From positions 15,186 to 79,185 of the forward strand of contig JAAVZU010000006.1 of NCBI GenBank assembly GCA_022791815.1: a stretch of DNA of 64,000 bases, written 5' to 3'. This DNA is from Lachnospiraceae bacterium (GTDB taxonomy: Bacteria > Bacillota > Clostridia > Lachnospirales > Lachnospiraceae). This document shows positions 1 through 8,820 of the stretch, one piece after another; the stretch's first letter is position 1, and each line of letters opens with the position of its first letter. The notes under the pieces were generated by a model. That model made no database searches, was not told the DNA's origin, and saw only the letters and a list, made by a program, of their open reading frames with translations. The translations under genes were made by a program, and so were the position numbers.

Positions 1-1388
1 GATGTAACATGAGATGTGGTCATTGTGGTTCCTCTTGTGCAGAACCCTTAGAGGGTGAACTTACAACTTCAGAAGCTTTAGATTTATGTGACCAGATTGC
101 CCAAATAGGTCTGAAATGGGTTACACTTTCAGGAGGAGAGCCTCTTACAAGGAAAGATATTTCAATGTTAATAGAACGGCTTTCTAAAAAAGGAGTCTCT
201 GTTAATATTATTACAAATGGATGGCTTCTTGACAAAAATATGGCAAAAAAACTAAAAGAAAGTGGTATTGCAACTGTTGCAATCAGCATTGACGGAACAA
301 GGGAAATCCATGATAAAATTCGTAAGAAAGATGCTTTTAGCCATGCAGAGCAAAGTTTTCAGATTATGAAAGAACTTGGTATTAAAACAGGTGCTGTAAC
401 AACTATAACAAATCAAAACATACATATACTTCGGGAGTTAAAAGAAGAACTGATACGTATGGGAGTTAAAACATGGCAGGTACAATTAGGACTTCCTATG
501 GGAAATTTAAAACAGAAACCTGACTGGCTTTTAGACCCCCAAAAGGTTCAGGATATTATAGACTTTTGTTATGAAACTGCGAAAGAAGGGCGGATCAAAA
601 TCTATCCAGCAGACTGTATTGGGTACTATACAAAAAAAGAAATGGAAATCAAAAAAATATCTTATGAGACAAATATGGTTTCTATATGGGATGGCTGTAA
701 TGCTGGTATCAGAGGTTTTGGAATTCTTCACAATGGAGATATTCTTGGATGTACTTCGATTCGTGATAAAAGCTATATAGAGGGAAATATTAGAGAACGT
801 TCCCTTCAGGATATCTGGGAGGATGAAAACAGTTTTTCATGGCGTAGGAAAATTAAAAAGGAACAACTGGAGGGTGAGTGTAAAACCTGCATATATGGCA
901 GTAAATGTCTGGGTGGGTGTCCAAATACCAGACTCACCATGAATGGAAGCATATATTCTGAAAACCAATATTGTGCCTACAATCTGAAATTAAAAGATAT
1001 GAAGGAAAAGCAGAAAACAAAAACAAAAGCAGAGGAACTATTTGAAACAGCGGATATTATGATAAAACAGGAAGTATATCAGGAAGCTGCCATTGTATTA
1101 TCACGATTGTTAGAGATAGATCCAAAACACAAAAGAGCATGGATTGCCAAGGCTTATGCAGAATATATGTGTGGTAATTATGAAACATGTAAAAGTGACA
1201 ATGAAAAAGCAATCAAGTTGGATGCTAACGATGCGGATGCACTGAGTGGATATGCCATTGCACTTTTTCGGATGGGAGATGTGCAGAATGGTATTGATAA
1301 TATGAAAAGGGCAGTATCTCTCTCAGGATGCAGGCAGGATATGTTAGAGGATTTATCCAGAATGCAGGCTATGGCAGAAAAGGCTTAA
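1..1388 (+). CDS. Radical SAM / SPASM-domain enzyme with C-terminal TPR repeats (5' end lies outside window)
   Basis: In frame from nt 3 the peptide reads CNMRCGHC (CxxxCxxC radical-SAM cluster motif), so the N-terminus is upstream of the window. It has a GGEPL motif and a Cys-rich SPASM region (CNAG...CKTCIYGSKCLGGCPN). The last ~120 aa look like TPR repeats (AWIAKAYAEYMCGNYETC, ALSGYAIALFRMGD). Confidence 0.85.
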   Translation, partial: CNMRCGHCGSSCAEPLEGELTTSEALDLCDQIAQIGLKWVTLSGGEPLTRKDISMLIERLSKKGVSVNIITNGWLLDKNMAKKLKESGIATVAISIDGTREIHDKIRKKDAFSHAEQSFQIMKELGIKTGAVTTITNQNIHILRELKEELIRMGVKTWQVQLGLPMGNLKQKPDWLLDPQKVQDIIDFCYETAKEGRIKIYPADCIGYYTKKEMEIKKISYETNMVSIWDGCNAGIRGFGILHNGDILGCTSIRDKSYIEGNIRERSLQDIWEDENSFSWRRKIKKEQLEGECKTCIYGSKCLGGCPNTRLTMNGSIYSENQYCAYNLKLKDMKEKQKTKTKAEELFETADIMIKQEVYQEAAIVLSRLLEIDPKHKRAWIAKAYAEYMCGNYETCKSDNEKAIKLDANDADALSGYAIALFRMGDVQNGIDNMKRAVSLSGCRQDMLEDLSRMQAMAEKA

Positions 1389-1444
1389 GAACAGAAAATA
1401 GTTTCTATAAAAGGAAAAAAGGAATGAAGAAATAAAAAGTAGAA

Positions 1445-1485
1445 AGCAGGGCTGCTACACGTTAGTGTAGTGGCTCTGCTTTTTT
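1445..1485 (+). terminator. Rho-independent terminator after the radical SAM gene
   Basis: 16-bp stem AGCAGGGCTGCTACAC / GTGTAGTGGCTCTGCT (three G-U pairs), GTTA loop, followed by TTTTT. Confidence 0.8.
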
Positions 1486-1493
1486 CATATCAC

Positions 1494-1516
1494 TAGGAAA
1501 GTGCTTTGCAATTGTG
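1494..1516 (+). repeat. Conserved 23-nt motif TAGGAAAGTGCTTTGCAATTGTG, copy 1
   Basis: Identical 23-mer recurs at 7174-7196, with weaker similarity for ~20 nt more. Both copies sit just after a terminator-like hairpin and before an operon promoter. Confidence 0.6.
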
Positions 1517-1547
1517 TTTGACATGTATAGATGTAGAAAATTTAGTA

Positions 1548-1594
1548 TTGACAAAACCGAGTATATACTGTATATATAATTATATACAGTATAT
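1548..1594 (+). promoter_or_regulatory. Sigma-A-type promoter overlapped by a 14-bp perfect inverted repeat (putative GntR/YtrA operator)
   Basis: TTGACA (1548-1553), 17-nt spacer, TATATA (1571-1576). Inverted repeat ATATACTGTATATA-TAAT-TATATACAGTATAT spans 1563-1594, 16 nt before the ABC gene start. Confidence 0.6.
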
Positions 1595-1610
1595 GAACGG
1601 AGGAACTGCC

Positions 1611-2465
1611 ATGTTAAAATTAGATCATGCATCAAAGGTTTTATCTGTTTTTCAGCTTCATGATGTAAGTTTTCATCTGCCGAAAGGATATATAATGGGG
1701 TTGGTAGGAGAAAATGGTGCAGGAAAAACGACTTTGTTAAATAATATTTTGGGATTGTATCAGCTTGATGCTGGAACTATAGAAATCAATGGAATGCATT
1801 ATAAAGAACAAGAAAAGGAAATTAAAAATCTATTAGGATATGTTTTAACAGATGAAGTATTTTGCGGGGAACTAACACTCATTCAAAATGCAGATATGTA
1901 TGGAAAATATTATGATAACTATGAGCAGAAGATTTTCTTAGAATATTGTGAGCGTTTTCATCTAAAGAAAAAGCAAAAGTTTAAAGAACTTTCCAAAGGG
2001 GAAAAATTAAAATTCCAATTTGCATTTGCTTTGTCTCATCAGCCGAAACTTTTAATTTTAGACGAACCTACTGCCAATTTTGATCCAGATTTTCGGAAAG
2101 AATTTCTAAAGATTTTATCAGACTTTGTTGCAGATAGTGAAAAAAGTGTACTTTTGGCAACACATATTACAGAGGATTTGGAGCGTATTGCTGATTATAT
2201 TACATTTTTACATAAAGGGAAGGTAAAATTTTCTATGGACAGAGAAACTTTAGAAAACAGCTATATGTTAATTAGTGGATTGGATTATAAAGTGAATCTG
2301 ATTAACAGAGAACAGATTATATATAAAGAAAAAGGAAAATATGCCACAAAAGCATTAGTAAAATATAGAAAACGGTATTTTGAGGAAGAGGGATTAACGG
2401 TAGAAGTGCCAAGCATTGAAGATATTATGTATTATATGTTGAAGGGGGAAGAAAAAATATGGTAA
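1611..2465 (+). CDS. ABC transporter ATP-binding protein
   Basis: Walker A GENGAGKTT, signature LSKGEKLK, Walker B LLILDEP. ATG at 1611 is preceded by GGAGG; the longer TTG-initiated ORF from 1506 runs through the promoter/operator and is not credible. Confidence 0.9.
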   Translation: MLKLDHASKVLSVFQLHDVSFHLPKGYIMGLVGENGAGKTTLLNNILGLYQLDAGTIEINGMHYKEQEKEIKNLLGYVLTDEVFCGELTLIQNADMYGKYYDNYEQKIFLEYCERFHLKKKQKFKELSKGEKLKFQFAFALSHQPKLLILDEPTANFDPDFRKEFLKILSDFVADSEKSVLLATHITEDLERIADYITFLHKGKVKFSMDRETLENSYMLISGLDYKVNLINREQIIYKEKGKYATKALVKYRKRYFEEEGLTVEVPSIEDIMYYMLKGEEKIW

Positions 2466-3121
2466 AAATGGTACTGCGTGACTGTATAAAAGGACGTAGA
2501 GAGGCATGGAAAAGAGTGTGGAGTAGTGGTAATAACTTTCTTATTCCAGAAATTGTTTTTTTAGGAGGAATAGCAGGTGGATATCATGGAACTATACAAT
2601 ACAATTTATTGTATTGGCTTGAAATTCTTTTACTAATGTTTCAGATTTTAATTTCTGTTATGTATCCGAATAGATTGTCTAAGCCTATGTTTCTGGTGCC
2701 TTTGGAGAATAAGGATAAGAAGAAATACCTATTGGCCATGTTTAGTTTAAAGTTAGGGATTTTTTCTGTGATGCATATTATAGTAACAGGAATTAGAGTA
2801 TGGACAGAATGCATCACTATGGAAAATGGGATTATATTTTTTTGGGTAGTAACTTTACTAAATATTATAATGGGATTACAAAATATAGGATTAGATGAAA
2901 CTAGTTTAAATTATAAGGTAACCTTTTGTGTATGTCTGTTTAATTGCTTTTTCTTTATGGGAATAGAAGAGAATTGGCAATGGTGGGAGTGTATTCTTGC
3001 TGCTATATGTTATATTACACAAATTATTTTATGTGTATTTTTCATAAAGAATGAGTGGACAATTTCAATGAAAAAAGCTATGAATTATGAACTGGTATAT
3101 GTAATCAATGAACAAAAGTAA
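2459..3121 (+). CDS. Integral membrane protein (putative permease partner of the ABC ATPase)
   Basis: Overlaps the upstream stop by 7 nt (translational coupling). Multiple hydrophobic helices; no recognisable catalytic motif. Confidence 0.65.
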   Translation: MVKMVLRDCIKGRREAWKRVWSSGNNFLIPEIVFLGGIAGGYHGTIQYNLLYWLEILLLMFQILISVMYPNRLSKPMFLVPLENKDKKKYLLAMFSLKLGIFSVMHIIVTGIRVWTECITMENGIIFFWVVTLLNIIMGLQNIGLDETSLNYKVTFCVCLFNCFFFMGIEENWQWWECILAAICYITQIILCVFFIKNEWTISMKKAMNYELVYVINEQK

Positions 3122-3133
3122 GAGGAGAACTAT

Positions 3134-3499
3134 ATGAAAATAGTAATAAAGACCCAAGGAACTTTGGCAATTTATGAACAAATCGTAAATCAACTGAAAA
3201 ATGCTATTGTGACAGGAGAGTTAAAAACAGGAGAGGCTTTGCCATCTATCCGAATGCTTGCAAATGACCTGCAGGTCAGCGTGATTACAACCAAAAGAGC
3301 CTATGAAGAACTAGAAAAAGAGGGATTGATACGATCTGTTGCCGGGAAGGGATTTTATGTGTGTGAGTATAATCAAGACTATTTAAAAGAAAAACAACTA
3401 ATGATGTTGGAGAAAAGACTTTCTGAGGTATTAAATGAATGCAGGGCGGCAGGATTGTCTAATGAAGAGATTGTGGAGATGGTAGAAACGCTATTATAG
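3134..3499 (+). CDS. GntR-family (YtrA-like, short) transcriptional regulator
   Basis: 121 aa. N-terminal winged HTH LPSIRMLANDLQVSVITTKRAYEELEKEGLI with only a short C-terminal helix region. RBS GAGGAG upstream. Confidence 0.88.
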   Translation: MKIVIKTQGTLAIYEQIVNQLKNAIVTGELKTGEALPSIRMLANDLQVSVITTKRAYEELEKEGLIRSVAGKGFYVCEYNQDYLKEKQLMMLEKRLSEVLNECRAAGLSNEEIVEMVETLL

Positions 3500-3541
3500 T
3501 TATGTTTAGGAAGTTAAAGTATTTAAGAAAAGAGTGATATA

Positions 3542-4198
3542 ATGCTGGAATTTAGAAATGTTACAGTAAAAAGAGGTAAGTTTACCCTTTCCAATATTAA
3601 TTTCCAATTGGAAGACGGATATCTTTTAGGTATTTTAGGGAAAAATGGTGCAGGAAAAACAACATTGTTAAACTCTATGATGGAAAGACATTCTAATTAT
3701 ACAGGAAACATATTTTATCAAGGAATAGATATACAGAAAGAACCTGAATGGTTTTTAGAGAAATGTGCTTACATTGCAGATGATAACAGATTTTTTTATA
3801 AGAAAACGGCAATGGAAAATATGGAGTTGTTAGGTGGATTTTATGAGAAAATGGACAAGGAAAAGTTTAAAACTTATATGGATGAAATGAAGTTAAGCTG
3901 TGGACAACAGATAAGTGCCATGTCCAGAGGACAATTTATCCGTTTTCAGATTGCTTTTGCAAGGGCACATTGTGCCAGATTGTATTTGTTAGATGAAGCA
4001 ACAGCAGGAATGGATCCAGTATTCCGAAGAGATTTCTATAATATACTACGACAGATCTTAGCAGAAGAAGCAACCATATTGATGACTACACATATACAAT
4101 CTGACATAGATAGAAACATGGATTATATTTGCAGGTTAGAGCAGGGAAAGATGGTTTCCTTTGGGGAGAATTTTGGTGAAGAAGGTTATCACGAATAG
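3542..4198 (+). CDS. ABC transporter ATP-binding protein (second ATPase of the module)
   Basis: Walker A GKNGAGKTT, signature-like MSRGQFIR, Walker B LYLLDEATAGMD. Confidence 0.88.
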   Translation: MLEFRNVTVKRGKFTLSNINFQLEDGYLLGILGKNGAGKTTLLNSMMERHSNYTGNIFYQGIDIQKEPEWFLEKCAYIADDNRFFYKKTAMENMELLGGFYEKMDKEKFKTYMDEMKLSCGQQISAMSRGQFIRFQIAFARAHCARLYLLDEATAGMDPVFRRDFYNILRQILAEEATILMTTHIQSDIDRNMDYICRLEQGKMVSFGENFGEEGYHE

Positions 4199-4218
4199 GA
4201 AAAACAAGGAGCAGAGTA

Positions 4219-4746
4219 ATGGAGATAAAAGATAATATAGAAGATAAGCAGAGAACGGGAATGGATAGAGTGAGAGAATTTGATGAAAAATTGCTTAGTA
4301 TGAACAGTGATAAAGTTTTAATTAGAAGAATAGTTGCATATTTTTTTGAATTTTTAATATGTATCATGTTTGTAGCATTTTGTGACGAAAGCAGTTGGCA
4401 AACTATGCATTGGGTGATAGCAATTTATTATTCGTTTGCAATAAAAATACATCTAGATGTTTACATGACAATATATGAAAATGATTTAGTGATAGGTGAG
4501 GAAAGGCATTCCATATCTATTTATCAGTTGTTAAAAAAGTTTCCTGTAAATCCAAGAGATATTTTTAAAGTAAGGTTATTTTATTTGTGGAAAATGTTAT
4601 ATAAAAGACTGATTATTCTTTATATTTTACAGTTACCTTTTATTGTATATCACAATAAACTGAAAGTTGTTAATATAGTGTATCCTGTATTTGTTATTGT
4701 AATGGCAGCAATCGTTTGTATGTTTTTGATTAGACCTAAAAAGTAA
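4219..4746 (+). CDS. Membrane protein of unknown function
   Basis: RBS AAGGAG upstream. Several hydrophobic helices after a charged N-terminus. Last gene of the module. Confidence 0.6.
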   Translation: MEIKDNIEDKQRTGMDRVREFDEKLLSMNSDKVLIRRIVAYFFEFLICIMFVAFCDESSWQTMHWVIAIYYSFAIKIHLDVYMTIYENDLVIGEERHSISIYQLLKKFPVNPRDIFKVRLFYLWKMLYKRLIILYILQLPFIVYHNKLKVVNIVYPVFVIVMAAIVCMFLIRPKK

Positions 4747-4772
4747 TGGCAATGATAAATATACAATTCATC

Positions 4773-4833
4773 GTAACTGTTCAGAACAATGAACAGTTAC
4801 TCTCAGGTCACACGCAAAGTAAATGCGTGTTTC
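4773..4833 (-). repeat. Family-1 intergenic repeat, partial copy (hairpin C + hairpin A, no B)
   Basis: GTAACTGTTCA-gaacaa-TGAACAGTTAC (4773-4800) then CACGCA-aagtaaa-TGCGTG..TTTC (to 4833). Same modules as at 28700, 38333 and 40751. Confidence 0.75.
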
Positions 4834-4997
4834 TACCTTAATAGTTACAATTTATCTATATTGCAAATCAATATTTTGTGCATTATTGATTGAAATATAA
4901 AGTATGATATATAAAATTAGAAAATGATAAAATTTCTCAATAAGGTGATGATTATTGAAAACAGTATGATAAAAATAATAGATAGGAGGTATGTGGT

Positions 4998-5078
4998 ATG
5001 AGAAATCACAAGTTTTGGGCATGGGCTACAGTGTTCTGTTTCTCCATGACGATTTATACTGGATATCAACACAAGTAG
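4998..5078 (+). CDS. Candidate 26-aa hydrophobic micropeptide (MRNHKFWAWATVFCFSMTIYTGYQHK)
   Basis: GGAGG at 4985-4989 lies 8 nt before the ATG. The ORF ends 20 nt before the next gene start. Below the ORF-track size cut-off; no homology evidence available. Confidence 0.3.
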   Translation: MRNHKFWAWATVFCFSMTIYTGYQHK

Positions 5079-5098
5079 AGAGAAAAGGAGGAGATATT

Positions 5099-5579
5099 AT
5101 GTTTAATTTTGTAGAAAAAATGGATACAAAGAAAATGGGAATATTTGCCGCAGGTGTTTTGTTTGGCACAGCAGGTATTAAAATTTTATTAAGTAAGGAT
5201 GCAAAGAAGGTGTATACAAACTCACAGCAGCAGTTTTTCGTGCAAAGACTGTGTTATGAAAACCGCAACAACGATGCAGAAAAATGCAGAGGATATTTAT
5301 GCAGAAGCACAGCAAATTAATCAAGACAGAGCCATGAAAGAAACAAAGGTTGTTAATAAAGATGAAAGGAAGGATAGAGGGAACGAGTCTGAACAGTATT
5401 GCACTACTGGACATTCTTTCGTCACAAAAGTAGCAGTGCAGAGCCAGACACAGGATATGATAATCTGTTATAAGGGGGATAGGGAAAGTATATTGGTACT
5501 GTTGCGTGATTTCCAATATGAAAAAGCAGAGGTTTTAGAATTTATTCTCGAAAATTTTTTGCTGTTGGGTTTATGGTAA
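5099..5579 (+). pseudogene. Small membrane-anchored protein gene, apparently frameshifted at a T5 run
   Basis: Strong RBS AAGGAGG precedes ATG 5099 (MFNFVEKMDTKKMGIFAAGVLFGTAGIKILLSKDAKKVYT...). The reading frame continues in the ORF 5199..5579. Removing one T from TTTTT (5234-5238) joins both into ~159 aa. Confidence 0.45.
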
Positions 5580-5634
5580 TGTTGGCACTGGATGTGTCAT
5601 TGGGATGATTTAATAATATGTAAAATGAATAAAA

Positions 5635-5663
5635 TTGCTTTTTATTATGCTTTTGGTTATAAT
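5635..5663 (+). promoter_or_regulatory. Sigma-A-type promoter for the lipoprotein gene
   Basis: TTGCTT, 17-nt spacer, TATAAT (5658-5663). Confidence 0.45.
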
Positions 5664-5763
5664 TACTATAAAAGTTCTGACAAAGGACTAGGCTTCTGAA
5701 GCTGCTGTAGCTTGGAAAGATAATATAAAAATAAAATGGATTGTAAAGAAAAGGGGTTTTAAA

Positions 5764-6732
5764 ATGAAAAAGAAAACAGGTTTTGTAGCAATTGTATGTA
5801 TGATGTTATTAGCAGCACAAGGGTGTGGATTTGAAGAACAAATGGAAATATTTTCAGATGGAAGCAGCCAGGTAACAGTTCATACATATTCGACAGAGGA
5901 AGAAGAGAATGAGTTAGTCAAGGAAGCTGGTTACCCAGGTGTCAGTTTTTCTGCAATGATGACAATATCTGGATTCACCTATGAAGGAGAAGAAACCATA
6001 AACGATAAGGTGCATCATAAATATACTTATACACAGAAGATGAGTGCAGAAGATACGAATTCCCAATTTGTAGTAAAAAATGGAGATAAGGCAGTTATGA
6101 ATTATGCTGGCTTAGATTCTCTTACAGAAATAGAAGAAGCAGGTGGAAAACTGGATTCTTGTGATTTTAACAGGGCAAGCATTAAATTTCCAAAGAATAT
6201 TGTGAAGTCAAATGTAGAAGTAGATGCTGATACCATTAAGATGGATTTAAACAGTAAGTTTAGTCAGGATAGAATATATGTTACATTTAAGGAAGGTGTA
6301 GCAGAAAAGAAGGATTTAACAGTGGCTGGTGTAAGTAATAATAAATATTACAAGAAGAATGTTACGGTAAAAGCGAAATCCAATGGTGTAATTACAAGAT
6401 TTAGAGTAAATAATAATCCACAGGAAAAAGACTCATATACAGCAACCAGTGATGGAGTATATAAAGTAAATATCCAGTTGGCATCTGGAGTAACCAAAAC
6501 AGTAAAATTTACAGTGGATAAGACAAAACCGACCACTAACATAAAAGCAAAAACCTATAAGAAAAGTGTGAAAATCACATTCAAAGATAAAGGTTCTGGT
6601 ATGAAGACAGCTACTCTTAATAAAAAGAAGATTAAGAGTGGAAAAACAGTAAGAAAAGCAGGGGCTTATACTCTTGTATTAAAAGATAAAGCAGGGAATT
6701 CAAAAACCATAAAGTTCAAGATAACAAAATAA
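5764..6732 (+). CDS. Putative lipoprotein with C-terminal Ig-like/beta-sandwich repeats
   Basis: Signal peptide ending LLAAQGC (lipobox-like). Lys/Thr-rich beta-strand C-terminus (YKVNIQLASGVTKTVKFTVDKTKP..., AYTLVLKDKAGNSKTIKFKI). Confidence 0.7.
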   Translation: MKKKTGFVAIVCMMLLAAQGCGFEEQMEIFSDGSSQVTVHTYSTEEEENELVKEAGYPGVSFSAMMTISGFTYEGEETINDKVHHKYTYTQKMSAEDTNSQFVVKNGDKAVMNYAGLDSLTEIEEAGGKLDSCDFNRASIKFPKNIVKSNVEVDADTIKMDLNSKFSQDRIYVTFKEGVAEKKDLTVAGVSNNKYYKKNVTVKAKSNGVITRFRVNNNPQEKDSYTATSDGVYKVNIQLASGVTKTVKFTVDKTKPTTNIKAKTYKKSVKITFKDKGSGMKTATLNKKKIKSGKTVRKAGAYTLVLKDKAGNSKTIKFKITK

Positions 6733-6746
6733 GGAGAATATACATT

Positions 6747-7055
6747 ATGATTCTTGATTTGGTATGCGAAGCAGTAGAAATCAAAATACACTTTGAGAAT
6801 TTTACTGGAGTAATACAGTCTAATTTTGAATTGGGATACGCTCTAGGAAAAATGAAGAAGAAACTTGGTATGGAACTAGAAAAGGAAGAAGAACTTGCTT
6901 TACTAAAAGAAAAAGTGGAGAAGCAAATGGAATCCTATACACCAGAAGATTTTATCGAAGAGAATCTAATGAAACTGATTCGGGAATATCGGATGCAGGA
7001 TAGATTTGGTTCAGAGATTTCAGAATTAATTCAAAGAGGATATGATTCAGAATAG
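6747..7055 (+). CDS. Small acidic hypothetical protein
   Basis: RBS AAGGAG 8 nt upstream, 14 nt after the lipoprotein stop. 102 aa with no recognisable motif. Confidence 0.55.
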   Translation: MILDLVCEAVEIKIHFENFTGVIQSNFELGYALGKMKKKLGMELEKEEELALLKEKVEKQMESYTPEDFIEENLMKLIREYRMQDRFGSEISELIQRGYDSE

Positions 7056-7173
7056 TGTTTCGGAACAAAAGGTTGTCCATTAAAAAGAAACACACAATAT
7101 ATAGTAATTGGAGAAACAATAATAAGCTATATATTATGTTATTTTTCTTTTGTGTGGCAGCCTTTTTATAGCA

Positions 7174-7196
7174 TAGGAAAGTGCTTTGCAATTGTG
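7174..7196 (+). repeat. Conserved 23-nt motif TAGGAAAGTGCTTTGCAATTGTG, copy 2
   Basis: Identical to 1494-1516. Preceded by a long imperfect hairpin/T-rich tract (7083-7150). Confidence 0.6.
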
Positions 7197-7382
7197 GTTA
7201 ATACATAAAGTGTATTTAGATATCTAAAATATTTGTGTAATAAATTAATTTTTTATAAGTGGAACGAAAAAGTAAAAACGAAGGATAAAAGTTTATAATG
7301 CTGAGTTGGCTTTAATTAGCTGTTTTGCTTGATAATAATAGGGAATAATAGGTTATTTTGTTTGAAATGTATGAAAAATAGA

Positions 7383-7411
7383 TTGTAAAAAAGTAAGAGT
7401 TTTGTTATAAT
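7383..7411 (+). promoter_or_regulatory. Sigma-A-type promoter for the SBP-MCP operon
   Basis: TTGTAA, 17-nt spacer, TATAAT (7406-7411). Confidence 0.45.
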
Positions 7412-7494
7412 TGTATACATGATAGGGCAACGTGTAAGAGAATTGCAATAAGTACACTAAAGGGGATTGTATTTTATTTTAAGGAGGGATTCTT

Positions 7495-8808
7495 ATGAAG
7501 GGTTTACGGTATGGGGTGGCTGCAGCTCTTACAGTTATCTTGCTAAGTGGTTGTGGTAACAGCAAGGACGAAGGTTCTGTGTATTACCTAAATTTTAAGC
7601 CGGAAGCCTCAGGTACATGGCAGAAAATTGCTCAGGAATATACAAAAGAAACAGGGGTGAAAGTGAAAGTTTTGACTTCTGCAAGTGGTAACTATGAGCA
7701 AACATTGAAGGCAGAGACTGCAAAGAGAGATATGCCGACTTTGTTTCAGATTAATGGACCTGTAGGGTATAGCAATTGGAAGAATTTTTGTGCAGATTTG
7801 AAAGACACAGAACTTTATAACTGGCTGCTTGATAAGGATATGGCAGTTCAGGATGAGAAAGGGGTATATGGTATTCCTTATGTGGTAGAAGGATACGGAA
7901 TTATTTACAACAATGCTATTATGAAAAAATATTTTTCATTGCCAAATAAGGCGGTATCCTATTCTAAAATGGAAGAAGTAAATAATTTTGATAAGTTAAA
8001 AGAAGTTGTAGAAGATATGACAGCACATGCAGAAGAACTTGGTATAGAAGGGGTTTTTGCTTCTACTTCTTTTAGTTCTGGAGAGGATTGGCGTTGGCAG
8101 ACACATCTTGCTAACCTTCCAGTTTATTATGAGTTTAAAGATAAAGGGATATCAGATAGTGATACATTGGACTTTACTTATGCAAATAATTTTCGTAATA
8201 TTTTTGACTTGTATATAGATAATTCTTGCACATCAAAGGCAGATCTTGCGAAAAAAACTGTAAACGATTCTATGGAAGAGTTTGCACTTGGAAAAGTTGC
8301 TATGGTACAGAATGGAAACTGGGCATGGGGACAGGTAAAAGACGTAGAAGGAAACAAAGTAACAGAAGAGGATATCAAGTTCCTGCCGATTTATACAGGG
8401 GTATCTGGAGAGGAAACACAAGGATTGTGTACAGGAACAGAGAATTATATTTGTGTTAATTCTATGGCATCTGAGGCAGACCAAAAGGCATCCATAGATT
8501 TTATGGAATGGGTATTTAGTTCTGATGTGGGAAAACAATATGTTACCAATGATTTGGGATTTATCTCTCCATTTAATACATTTACAGAAGAAGAGAGTCC
8601 AAGTGATCCATTGGCAAAACAGGTATTGGAATATATGAGTAATAAAGATTTGTATTCTGTAAACTGGAATTTTACTGCATTCCCAAGCCAGAAGTTTAAA
8701 GATGATTTTGGTGCAGATCTTTTGAATTATACCAAGGGAAAACGTGAATGGGAACAAGTGATGGAAGACGTAAAGAGTAAATGGGCTTCCGAAAAAGCAG
8801 GAGAGTAG
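7495..8808 (+). CDS. Extracellular solute-binding lipoprotein (ABC-type, family 1; sugar-type)
   Basis: Lipobox LLSGCGN. Length and sequence style fit carbohydrate SBPs. No permease or ATPase genes are adjacent. Confidence 0.85.
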   Translation: MKGLRYGVAAALTVILLSGCGNSKDEGSVYYLNFKPEASGTWQKIAQEYTKETGVKVKVLTSASGNYEQTLKAETAKRDMPTLFQINGPVGYSNWKNFCADLKDTELYNWLLDKDMAVQDEKGVYGIPYVVEGYGIIYNNAIMKKYFSLPNKAVSYSKMEEVNNFDKLKEVVEDMTAHAEELGIEGVFASTSFSSGEDWRWQTHLANLPVYYEFKDKGISDSDTLDFTYANNFRNIFDLYIDNSCTSKADLAKKTVNDSMEEFALGKVAMVQNGNWAWGQVKDVEGNKVTEEDIKFLPIYTGVSGEETQGLCTGTENYICVNSMASEADQKASIDFMEWVFSSDVGKQYVTNDLGFISPFNTFTEEESPSDPLAKQVLEYMSNKDLYSVNWNFTAFPSQKFKDDFGADLLNYTKGKREWEQVMEDVKSKWASEKAGE

Positions 8809-8820
8809 GGGGTGTGGAAT

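Noticed and set aside
1506-1610. N-terminal extension of the ABC ATPase (TTG start at 1506)
   Set aside because: The extension is translated from the promoter and the 14-bp inverted-repeat operator. ATG 1611 has a GGAGG RBS and gives a normal ATPase N-terminus.
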